Under the pieces are notes generated by a model, which ran no database searches, was not told where the DNA came from, and saw only the letters and a program-made list of their open reading frames with translations. 64,000 nt of DNA, taken from the NCBI GenBank assembly GCA_963765145.1, contig CAVXVG010000026.1, forward strand, positions 218,769 through 282,768. Reading direction: 5' to 3'. The stretch's first letter is position 1. Every line of letters starts with the position of its first letter. Shown here in pieces: positions 21,523 to 30,088 of the stretch. The stretch comes from Parachlamydiales bacterium. Lineage in GTDB: Bacteria; Chlamydiota; Chlamydiia; Chlamydiales; JAJFMK01. A program made the translations under genes and the position numbers.

Positions 21523-22077
21523 ATGAAGGGGTTTATTGAAAACCCTTTCAGAGTGGCCCGATTTTATGCCGAAAAGAGGGGAAAGGGGCACCTTTCTGCC
21601 TACACCTATGGCGAAACTCCACTAACCACTTTTGCAGAAATCGCGAAGGCAGCTGAACTTGGCAGCAACACTAAGCTGATTGAATGTGGTGCAGGGAGGG
21701 GGCGTGTGACTCTGTTTGCCAAGTACGTCTTGGGTTGTAGTGTTGTTGCCTACGAGAAAGTGCCGGAGTTTGTAAAACGGCTCAAAAAGTCAGGAATTAC
21801 TGTTGTTGAAGGTGATTATTTCACTGCAGATTTTAGCCAAGCGGACGCCATTTACCTTTATGGGTCTACATTGAGTGATGACGAGATCAGAAAGTTGGGT
21901 CAGCAGTTGCAAAAAGCCAAAAAAGGGACCATTTTCATTTCGACCAGCTGGTATTTGAATGAAACAAGAGGGGACGCCCCCTTTCTGATCCTAAAAGTAT
22001 TGAACTGCCCCTTCCCCTGGGCAAAACCAACGTCTACATCCAAGTCAAAGACTCCTAAAACCAGAAAGCCATCTTGA
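21523..22077 (+). CDS. class I SAM-dependent methyltransferase with a DOT1-like motif layout
   Basis: YTYGETPLTTFAEIAKAAEL..KLIECGAGRGRV...AYEKV...VVEGDYF...ADAIYLYGSTL...KKGTIFIS follows the order YGE(T/L) - D/E-x-G-x-G-x-G - G-x-E - GDF - NNF-like strand - G-x-I-x-S of DOT1 histone-lysine methyltransferases. The track start at 21220 overlaps mgtE, so the first ATG after the mgtE stop is used. The true start may use a non-ATG codon upstream. Confidence 0.55.
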   Translation: MKGFIENPFRVARFYAEKRGKGHLSAYTYGETPLTTFAEIAKAAELGSNTKLIECGAGRGRVTLFAKYVLGCSVVAYEKVPEFVKRLKKSGITVVEGDYFTADFSQADAIYLYGSTLSDDEIRKLGQQLQKAKKGTIFISTSWYLNETRGDAPFLILKVLNCPFPWAKPTSTSKSKTPKTRKPS

Positions 22078-22097
22078 AAAGAGCATCCTATAAATTT

Positions 22098-22271
22098 AAC
22101 AGGGTGAACAGGATAAGCTCTGCCTAGCATTATTCTACAATGGTGAAAAATATGGAAATAAAGTGCTTCGCCAAAAGTTAGTTTTACAGTCCAAACTTTT
22201 TTTTCGCTTATTTTTACCAAATTAATTGCCTTTGTTGCGGAGGTTGTCCTGTTCATCCTGTTCACCCTGTT
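22098..22271. mobile_element. R8 MITE-like element (17-bp TIR AACAGGGTGAACAGGAT / ATCCTGTTCACCCTGTT)
   Basis: A perfect 17-bp terminal inverted repeat encloses ~140 bp of AT-rich non-coding sequence. A solo arm lies at 17803-17826. Confidence 0.7.
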
Positions 22272-22393
22272 ATTTTTATACGATTCTTATCACCGAGGTT
22301 GACGTCTTGCTTGCTCATCCGATAAATGACTGTTGCTTTTTGTTTGGATTGACCAGGGGGATCTGTGGTAAAAAGGGTGTTTAGGGAGAGTGA

Positions 22394-23110
22394 ATGCACG
22401 AGAAGGTTGGGGTTATTGTTCAAGCCCGTTTAGGGTCTGAAAGGCTGCCAGGGAAAGTATTGCTTCAAGCGTGCAATAAGTCGTTCTTAGAGCTATTATT
22501 AGAAAGATTATCTGGTTTAAACCCCATTGTCGCGACAACCACCCTAGACCGAGATCTTCCGATTGTCGAACTGTGTGAAAAGCTAAAGGTACCCACCTAC
22601 AGAGGAAGCGAACAAGATGTTCTTGAAAGAACCTATCGAGCTGCCAAAGAAAATGGGCTTAAAACCATCGTCAGGATCACCTCTGATTGCCCCTTGGCAG
22701 ACCCGGAGATGATTTCGAACTATTTACAACAGTTTGAGGAGGAAGATGTCGATTACCTCACCAATACGTTGGAAAGAACATTTCCTAGAGGAATGGATGT
22801 CGAAATTTTTACGTTTAAAGCTTTGGAATCGGCGTGGAAAGAGGCTCGAGAACCTTATGACAGAGAACATGTAACTCCTTACATCCGTCACCATTGGGGT
22901 CGATTTAAACCCTTTTCTGTCTTTCAGAAAGAGGATTTGTCCTCTATCCGTTTGACACTCGATACGCCAGATGATTATAAACTGCTCAAGGCCATTTTTG
23001 AGGAACTTTACCCAAAGAAAAAGAATTTCGATTACCAAGACATTCTACAAGTATTAAAAGAGCATCCTGATTGGATCGAATGGAACCACCATGTTAACCA
23101 AAAAAGTTGA
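22394..23110 (+). CDS. sugar-nucleotide cytidylyltransferase, SpsF / acylneuraminate cytidylyltransferase-like
   Basis: VIVQARLGSERLPGKVL at the N-terminus, then RITSDCPLADP and RGMDVEIF, the typical CTP_transf_3 pattern. 238 aa. Confidence 0.7.
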   Translation: MHEKVGVIVQARLGSERLPGKVLLQACNKSFLELLLERLSGLNPIVATTTLDRDLPIVELCEKLKVPTYRGSEQDVLERTYRAAKENGLKTIVRITSDCPLADPEMISNYLQQFEEEDVDYLTNTLERTFPRGMDVEIFTFKALESAWKEAREPYDREHVTPYIRHHWGRFKPFSVFQKEDLSSIRLTLDTPDDYKLLKAIFEELYPKKKNFDYQDILQVLKEHPDWIEWNHHVNQKS

Positions 23111-23744
23111 AGCGATCTGCATTGATTTAGATCAAACATTGATCGAATCTTATCCCTCACTCTTCAAGGCCTATGTTAAGTTTTTATTGGTGCAAGGAAA
23201 GCAGGCAGATGAAGGGGAGTTTCAATCGTTAAATGGCATTCCCATTTTTGAAATGTTGCCTATTTTAAAAAAACGGCACGATTTGCATTTGCCTCTTGAA
23301 GAGCTGCAAACAATCTATAAAAATTTTATCGAAGAAGAATATTTAGATTCCCCTTTAATTGAAGGCGCTAATGACTTTCTAGAGTGGGCCACAAGCAAAA
23401 AAATCCCTCTGGCTTTAGTGACCTCATCAAGGGAGGAATGGGTAGGCCCCATTCTAGGGAAGCTGAAAATCGGTCATTTTTTTGACGCAATTGTGACAAG
23501 AGACAGGGTCGAGCATGGGAAACCTTTTCCAGATCCCTTTTTACTAGCTGTGGATGAGCTTGAGGTCAACTCTGCTAATTCCTATGCTATCGACGATGCT
23601 GAAATTGGGCTGCAATCGGCAATATCTGCAGGTTTGATCACTCTCCGCTTCGTTCCAAATCCCCCTTTTCCACCAGGAAGTGGCAATTGGGCCACCCTTA
23701 AAGCTTTTTTTATTAGATCTCTTGATGCAATTCAAACAAATTAA
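23091..23744 (+). CDS. HAD-superfamily phosphatase (beta-phosphoglucomutase-like subfamily)
   Basis: Motif I is ICIDLDQTLIES (DxDxT), motif II LVTSS, motif III GKPFPDPF and motif IV AIDDAEIG. It overlaps the upstream gene by 20 nt. Confidence 0.8.
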   Translation: MLTKKVEAICIDLDQTLIESYPSLFKAYVKFLLVQGKQADEGEFQSLNGIPIFEMLPILKKRHDLHLPLEELQTIYKNFIEEEYLDSPLIEGANDFLEWATSKKIPLALVTSSREEWVGPILGKLKIGHFFDAIVTRDRVEHGKPFPDPFLLAVDELEVNSANSYAIDDAEIGLQSAISAGLITLRFVPNPPFPPGSGNWATLKAFFIRSLDAIQTN

Positions 23745-24291
23745 GACACCGAAATTGCCCCCACTCGATTGGAATGGCCCTTATGAGGAACAAGTTTTTG
23801 TTGCAAAGGAGATTGGGAAAAAGATCGTAGGTTATTTTGTTCCGTACCGTTACCTTTACGCCTACACAACAGATAAAGAATGGCGCAGCAAGCTTCCATT
23901 TATCCCTGTCGGTGTTTCTGGTCTGGTTAGAAAAGGAGACCAGATTCTTTTTGGAAAAAGAGGGCAGAATGTCACTCAGTACAAGGGCTATTGGGAAACA
24001 CCACCATCGGGCTCTATCACGGAAGGTCCTGAACAGTTAGACCCCATTTTACACATCTTAAAAGAACTTCAAGAAGAGACCGGCATCACAAAAGCTCTTA
24101 AAGTGACGCCTATCAGAGAGGTCTTGGACCGTGAAACGGGTCGACTCGACCTGTGTTTTCAGATAGATGTCGACCAAAATCCTATTCCAACAGACGAATA
24201 TCAGGAATTTATTTGGGTAAATGTAGGCGATTCTCTCACCCATTTAGGGAAAAAGGTCGTTCCTCTGAGCCGCCAACTCTTCCATTTATGA
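23725..24291 (+). CDS. NUDIX hydrolase
   Basis: Nudix box PSGSITEGPEQLDPILHILKELQEETGI. The ATG at 23725 (MQFKQIK) is preferred over the track start at 23680, which overlaps the HAD gene by 65 nt. Confidence 0.7.
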   Translation: MQFKQIKTPKLPPLDWNGPYEEQVFVAKEIGKKIVGYFVPYRYLYAYTTDKEWRSKLPFIPVGVSGLVRKGDQILFGKRGQNVTQYKGYWETPPSGSITEGPEQLDPILHILKELQEETGITKALKVTPIREVLDRETGRLDLCFQIDVDQNPIPTDEYQEFIWVNVGDSLTHLGKKVVPLSRQLFHL

Positions 24292-24351
24292 TTTTCATTT
24301 TATTAAAATCCATGTCGATGTAAATGTAAATTTTTACAAACAAAGGATCTT

Positions 24352-25574
24352 TTGATGAAATACTCAAGTCTTATTGCGATAGGGGTTGCCTGTGTAACAC
24401 CTGTTGTCGCTGAAAACTGGCAAGATAATTGCGACTGCCCCATGAATGAGGGATATTCATATCCTTTTTTAGACAATTGTGAAAGTCATTATTTTGCAGG
24501 AGTTGACTATTTAGCCTGGTACGTAGACCAGGAAGGAATGTCCTACGCATCAGCTTATGATATCGCTAACACAACAGCCATAACCACTGCCAACACCGCA
24601 GATGGTAAAGATCTATTCTTCAAAACAAAATGGGACTCAGGCGTCCGTGCAATGGCTGGATTTAAGCCGTGCAATAAATCTTGGGATATCAGAGGTTCGT
24701 ATACCTATTTTTCAACCAACGATAAACCAAGAGCTCTTTCATCAAGCGCAACATCAATAAGCACACTACCACCAGAGGGTGGATCCATCATCACGACGTC
24801 AGGTACGGTTATTATCCCTGCCTATTTCTCAGTCCGAGAACCAGCTGCCGGCTTTGCTTCGGATGAGGCTATTATTACATATTCAATTCTTCCCAGATGG
24901 AAATTCAACTTCAATCAAGCAGATCTTGAACTGAGCGAAGAGTTCTTTGTGACATGTGATGCCACAATCAGATTTTTTGGAGGTTTCAGAGGCTTATGGA
25001 CCAACCAGAAGTTTGAAGAGGTCATAGCTCTTGAATCAACATTTTTGAGTGATGGTATTACAACAACATTCGGCTCTTCAGCTGCTTTTGAAGCACAACA
25101 TAAATTTAGTGCGTTTGGAGCAAGAGCCGGCTTTGACTTTAACTACACTGTTGGCGGAGGACTCGATCTTTACGCAAGTTGTGCAGGGTCTATCCTTTGG
25201 GGATGGTTCAATGATCGACAATCATATGCTGTAACTACCGCAGTCGTAGAAGCAACTGCTACTAACGATGCTGCAGAAACATTTACACATTCCCACCACA
25301 CATCTATCTTAAACTTAGATACAGCTTTTGGACTTCGTTGAACTATTGGCTAAATTGCAATCGCCATCTCTTGACGGTCAGATTTGGTTGGGAGCAGCAC
25401 ATTTATCTGAATATCAATCAATTTCAAAATTTTGCCAACACGCCGCTTGTAGGTGCAATCGGACCAGGTAGCCTTGTTCTAAACGTTAATCAACAACCAT
25501 TTGTTGATCACAATGTTCAAAGAGGCGATCTTTCTCTCTCAGGATTTGTTGTCGGCTTACAATACGCATTCTAA
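24352..25574 (+). pseudogene. MOMP-like cysteine-rich outer-membrane porin, interrupted by a -1 frameshift
   Basis: It has a signal peptide (MMKYSSLIAIGVACVTPVVA), a Cys-rich N-terminus (CDCPMNEGYSYPFLDNC) and the MOMP-family motif GVDYLAWY. ORF 24352-25341 stops at TGA inside CGTTGAAC. ORF 25338-25574 continues the barrel and ends with LQYAF. Adding one T to the TT at 25338-25339 gives ...AFGLRLNYWLN.... Confidence 0.65.
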
Positions 25575-25642
25575 TCAATTCAGGGGGCTTTAAAAAGCCC
25601 CCACTCTTCCCAAAAGAAAAGCTACAATGCGTTACACATTTC

Positions 25643-26581
25643 TCAAAATCTAAAGAGGAGGCTGCCACCGGCGTAAAAACTGCCGTCAGCTTTCAGATCT
25701 GTAAGCACATCGCCCCATGTATTAGAGACTTGCAGATCAGGCCGGAACATATAACCGATGTGGGCATTGATGCTGAAGAAAGGGCCTGGTGAGTAAGTGA
25801 TGCCTAACTCTTCACCAGCATTGCGATATTCTAAAATTCCTGAAGGGATAATGTCGTCTTGTTTCAACCGGTGACGCGAGTTGATAAACCGGGTTGTCAA
25901 ACCAATAGCAATAGGTTTAATAGGGCGGTAAAGAACAGAAATATTCACAGGATAAACAGCGTGTATTTCCCATTGGCTATTGATGTTCCACTCAAAACCA
26001 AGGACAGGCCAAAATTTGTCTTGGCGTAAGCCTGAACGCCCAATGAAACCGGCAGACATCGAGAGGCAAGGAAGGTATGCATAGGTTGCCCATCCACCGT
26101 AAAAATAGAGATAGCAACGCTTGCCACCTAAATCGAGGTCTGCGTTGAATTGAAATTCTCCCTGATAAGTCCAGTCTCCTTCAAAGACTTTCCCGCCTAA
26201 TGTGACGTAAGCATTTTGAAAGTTGGTTCTATCAAACAAATCGACATTTTCTAGGGTGATCCATGTTTTTTGGTAACCTGCAGCAACAGAATACATGGCA
26301 CATCCGCAAGGAAACACATAACCTGCTCTAGCATCGGTTTCGGCGTAGCCAAGTCTTTCCATTACGGCACTTTGAAGTTGCGAATTTCTCGGCACTTGCA
26401 GAGCTGAAGGTTGGATCCAATCGCCACGACCATCGATTTGAAAAAAGGCTGGAGTAACTGTAGAGGGCTCTAGAGGAGTTTCTAACACATCATCGAAAGA
26501 TGGGGTATCATTTAATGCAGGCAAATTTGCTGCTGTTAGCGGTACTGTTAATGTGAAGAGAAGGGAGGTCCAGATGTTCAT
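25643..26581 (-). CDS. putative outer-membrane beta-barrel protein
   Basis: 312 aa with the signal peptide MNIWTSLLFTLTVPLTAA. The sequence alternates hydrophobic and aromatic residues throughout and ends in the terminal GGSLLFRF. It is convergent with the MOMP-like gene. Confidence 0.5.
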   Translation of the reverse strand: MNIWTSLLFTLTVPLTAANLPALNDTPSFDDVLETPLEPSTVTPAFFQIDGRGDWIQPSALQVPRNSQLQSAVMERLGYAETDARAGYVFPCGCAMYSVAAGYQKTWITLENVDLFDRTNFQNAYVTLGGKVFEGDWTYQGEFQFNADLDLGGKRCYLYFYGGWATYAYLPCLSMSAGFIGRSGLRQDKFWPVLGFEWNINSQWEIHAVYPVNISVLYRPIKPIAIGLTTRFINSRHRLKQDDIIPSGILEYRNAGEELGITYSPGPFFSINAHIGYMFRPDLQVSNTWGDVLTDLKADGSFYAGGSLLFRF

Positions 26582-26634
26582 ATGCTATCCTATAGAGGGA
26601 AATTTTCGGGCTGAGTATAAAGAAATAACTCTTT

Positions 26635-28039
26635 TCAGGCGAGTGTGCGCTTCTCTTCTTTCTGTTTGAAAGTGATCCCTTCTCCCACTTTTTGCGAGGC
26701 GCGCACCCAAACAAACGTGAAAAAGAGAGCTAGGATGCTGGCGGGCCAGCAGCTTTTGGCAAGCGAGCCGCAAATGGTGATAAGACCGATGCTAAGAAAA
26801 GAAGAGGCTCCACGGCCAAACCTTGAACCAATACCATCGATAATAAGCTTTCCCTTAACTTGAGCTTCTGCTGACAAGTCCATGAATGCCAGTTCTTTGG
26901 ATGGATCTGAAAAAGCGTATTTTGCAGATCTGCAAAGGCAATAATGGAGGCTGCCAAAAAAGACCAAGATTTCTAGAGAAGAATAACCACCAAAGGAGAA
27001 AGAGAAGCAAAGGGTTCCAAAAAAGCCAAAGCCTGTAACAAGGGCGCAAAGGGGCGTGACAAGGGCTGTTACTACCCATCTTGACCTTTGCAAAATGGTG
27101 GGCGCAATGATGATGGAGCCTAATGCGGTTAAAACCCCGCACCACAGGTTTAGCTGACCCATATAGTTGAAATAGTCGGCGGGCAATGGATAAAAGTCTT
27201 TTAGTTTATCCAGAAAAAACAATTCACCTAAGCAGTAGGCCATGTACTCTGCCCACACTGTACTCCGAGGAACCACAGTTGGGGAGAGTTTCTAAAATAA
27301 TTCCAAGCAGAAGCTAAAGAAAGAGGTTCACCTTTTTCTGTTTTCTCTGTGGGCCCTCTTCCGGCAAAGCACTTCTCAAGTTTGGAGAAGAGAAAAAGGG
27401 AAGCTAAGCTAATCACTGCTAAGTTCAGAGTCATTGCAATCAAGACATGGTGCCAATGGTCTGAAGCTAGTGGAAAAAAGGACCAGACATTTCTTGAGGT
27501 GCAGAAAGTGGTGATAGGTCCTGCAAGGACAGCGCCAATACTGCCGCCAAGCATTAAAGGGGGGTAGAACCGGCTTGGCTTCGTCGACTAAAAGGTGCCG
27601 GTTTAAAAAACCCCAGAACAAGACACTTAGAAGGATGACCTTCCATAATTCAGAAACGACAAAGAAAAGTAGGGAAGGGATGTGTTTTAAATAGGGGGTC
27701 GTTTCAAAAAAATGGAGCGGATGGATGACAAAACAATAGAGGAGAAAAAAGGAGAGAAAGGCAATGGTTGTCGTATAAAAAACGGAGGCGATCGAGTACC
27801 GTTTTAATAATTTTGTTAACCCCCAAGTCATCAAAATTGCAGCAGGCAGGGTGCCAAATAGCTCAAACCAGGGGATTAGGTTGGCGCTCCCGGCCTTGTC
27901 GACCACAACCACCGCATTTCTCGCGCTTCAGAAGGAGTGTGTAGTTGATATTGATCAAGCAGGTGATCAAGGAACATCAAGATCACTTGCGTCCATTCAC
28001 CCGACCAATAGGGAACAACCACTCTCTTAGCTTTTTCAT
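26635..28039 (-). pseudogene. ADP/ATP (nucleotide) translocase of the TLC/Npt family, at least 5 frameshifts
   Basis: The fragments, in order, are MKKLREWLFPIGR / GEWTQVILMF / LITCLININYTLLLKRE / (N)AVVVVDKAGSANLIPWFELFG...SELWKVILLSVLFWGFLNRHLLVDEAK / RFYPPLMLGGSIGAVLAG... / ...TVWAEYMAYCLGELFF...FSDPSKELAFMDLSAEAQVKGKLIIDGIG. These correspond to the conserved Npt1/Tlc blocks (FNYTILR, GAE.IPF.K, SELW, FAN...EAKRFY, KE.AY). The frame changes lie near 28000, 27975, 27925 (AAA), 27575 (CC) and 27265. Confidence 0.8.
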
Positions 28040-28081
28040 AACAAAAAGTTTACCTGGAAATCCTATTACCCTCAAATTCAA

Positions 28082-28177
28082 CCCTTGCCCGTGCCCTTGC
28101 CCGAATTTTTACCTTTGAAGTTTTTTTGGACAAATTAAATAGGGCGTTTATTAAAAATTTTTTGGGCAAGGGCAAGG
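28082..28177. repeat. R6 palindromic element (CCCTTGCCCGTGCCCTTGCCCGAATTTTT / AAAAATTTTTTGGGCAAGGGCAAGG)
   Basis: Inverted arms at 28082-28110 and 28153-28177. A related copy lies at 50025-50113. Confidence 0.65.
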
Positions 28178-28179
28178 AA

Positions 28180-29709
28180 TTAGTGGCGTAACAGGGTCAC
28201 TTGATGGATGAAATGGGGGTCTTCCGTCCATTCTTCTACCGAGGGGATGAACTGGAATGTCCAGTTAAAGTCGGAAATGGTGCCCGGAATGTTGATCCTT
28301 TCGAGGCTTGGGCTTTCAAAGGACCATTTAGGTTCTAAGTCGAGATATTCTTGAAGGGGATTGACGTGGTATTGGCTGGTGGTTTGATGGCTGATCTTTA
28401 AAATCTGATGACGCATTTCTTTTGAGATTTTTTCCTGATCGGGGATGCCGAAGGTGTGAGCAAAAAGCTTGGCATCATTAGGGAATTTTTCCCACCACTC
28501 TGCCATCGTTTCTGAGTCATGGGTGGTCAAACTTGTCATGCTAATCGGGTCGTATTGATCTCCGGGGATAAAGGGATGTCCATTATGATGGTAATTTCTT
28601 TCCCATCGCATGATTCTTAAACCGGGTATGTGTTGCCGATTCATCACTTGACGTATCTCAGGGGGAATCACCCCTAGGTCTTCGCCCATGATTTTCATCG
28701 TTGTGTGGTCACTCATCCACCGAAGCAAATATTCTCCCTGCTTCAGCGCATCATGGAAATTGTCGGGGACATAATGCCCCTGTTTTGGAGTTTTTCCATC
28801 GGGGATATACCATAGCCTAAAAAAACCGATCACATGATCTATGCGGAAGAGGTCATAATACCGTTCGGCTGCGGCCAATCGTTCTGTAAAAATAGGGTAG
28901 TTAGCTTTGTGGATTTCGTCCCAATTAATGGGAGGAAAGCCCCAGGCTTGCCCTTCAGAGTTAAATTGATCGGGTGGAACCCCCACGGTTGCACCCTCTA
29001 CAAACAGATGCTTGTATTCGTAATATTTGACACTATCACGCGAAAGAAGCAGAGGGCTGTCTCCGATGAGGTAGATCCCTTTTCTTCTGGCTGTTTCTGC
29101 CACAGTTTTAAGCTGCTGATGCAACAGATACTGAACTAAAATATACGGGCGTATCTCTTCTTCTGAGACTTCAAAGTCGGTCCAATCCCACCATGGTTTA
29201 TAGTGGTTTTTTTCTTTGAGAGCTACATACTTGCCGTAAGGATAGATCCAAGGGGTTGATTCTAAAAACTGAACATACTCTTCTTCGTGCCGTAAAGTTT
29301 CTTCGTGTGCAAGGATATACCTTTTGATCCATTTGAGCTTTTCTTCGCGGACGTGTCCATAGTTAAATCTTGAGGTTTTTTCAAAAACGGGCAGTGCCTC
29401 TTTCTTATTTGGAAGGGCGTGGAGAGACAAAAAAATCGGGTGTATTGCTGTTGTTGAAATGGCGCTATAAGGGCTGGAATCGGCCCCAGAGTCGGTGAGT
29501 GGAAGCAATTGGAGGGTGTCAAAGCCCACCCTTTTCATCCAGTCTAAAACGGGCAATAGGTCAAATATTTCTCCATTGCCGCAACTGTTTTTAGAGTGAA
29601 GGGCAGAAACAGGAAGAGCAATACCGTGTCGTTTAGGAAGCAAGGCCAAACATCCCTGATGATTTTTTGGGTGATGGAGAGGTAACAACAGGCACTGTAT
29701 TCGAAGCAA
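28180..29709 (-). CDS. malQ: 4-alpha-glucanotransferase (amylomaltase, GH77)
   Basis: LQLLPLTDSG..SPYSAIS, FRIDHVIGFFRLW, GEDLGVIP and LTTHDSETM. The ATG at 29709 overlaps the upstream chaperone gene by 77 nt, so the real start may be an internal non-ATG codon near 29645. Confidence 0.9.
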   Translation of the reverse strand: MLRIQCLLLPLHHPKNHQGCLALLPKRHGIALPVSALHSKNSCGNGEIFDLLPVLDWMKRVGFDTLQLLPLTDSGADSSPYSAISTTAIHPIFLSLHALPNKKEALPVFEKTSRFNYGHVREEKLKWIKRYILAHEETLRHEEEYVQFLESTPWIYPYGKYVALKEKNHYKPWWDWTDFEVSEEEIRPYILVQYLLHQQLKTVAETARRKGIYLIGDSPLLLSRDSVKYYEYKHLFVEGATVGVPPDQFNSEGQAWGFPPINWDEIHKANYPIFTERLAAAERYYDLFRIDHVIGFFRLWYIPDGKTPKQGHYVPDNFHDALKQGEYLLRWMSDHTTMKIMGEDLGVIPPEIRQVMNRQHIPGLRIMRWERNYHHNGHPFIPGDQYDPISMTSLTTHDSETMAEWWEKFPNDAKLFAHTFGIPDQEKISKEMRHQILKISHQTTSQYHVNPLQEYLDLEPKWSFESPSLERINIPGTISDFNWTFQFIPSVEEWTEDPHFIHQVTLLRH

Positions 29710-30088
29710 GGGAGGCAGACCAGGATCTTGCTTTTTCGTTGAACGGCTCTAAGAAACTAGCGATCTGTTTACCGTTCAGGTTTTTTACTAGCAGATAGGC
29801 GTATAAATAAAGATCGCTGTTTTTTTTAGAATAACCGAAAGTTCCTATGTGAAAGTCGATATAATTAGCCTTCAACGTCTGTTCCAGAAAATCTTGTCTA
29901 AACCGGCCTGGAGGCAATGTTCCAATGGGAGAACCGATGAGTAGACGAGATTCATCTCGATCCACCTCTATTTGAACGACCAATCCGTCCGGGTATTGCA
30001 ATTTACAGGTATTGAGATGGTCTGGTTTTAGTTGTGTATCCAAAATGGTGCCTAATTCTTCCATTAGACCGCCAAATAAAGTGTCCAT
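29633..30088 (-). CDS. type III secretion chaperone, CesT/SycE class (Scc1-like)
   Basis: 151 aa and acidic. The pattern FGGLMEELG...CKLQYPDGLVVQIEVDRDESRLLIGSPIGTLPP...FLEQTLKAN is typical of class I chaperones. Its position immediately downstream of copN, with a TAATG stop/start overlap at 30088, matches CT088-CT089. Confidence 0.7.
   Translation of the reverse strand: MDTLFGGLMEELGTILDTQLKPDHLNTCKLQYPDGLVVQIEVDRDESRLLIGSPIGTLPPGRFRQDFLEQTLKANYIDFHIGTFGYSKKNSDLYLYAYLLVKNLNGKQIASFLEPFNEKARSWSASLASNTVPVVTSPSPKKSSGMFGLAS

Noticed and set aside
25338-25341. Phase-variable switching, or TGA read-through, of the MOMP-like porin
   Set aside because: The slippery tract is only TT, far shorter than known phase-variation tracts. 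A second in-frame stop (TAA) follows 9 nt later, so read-through would not rescue the protein.
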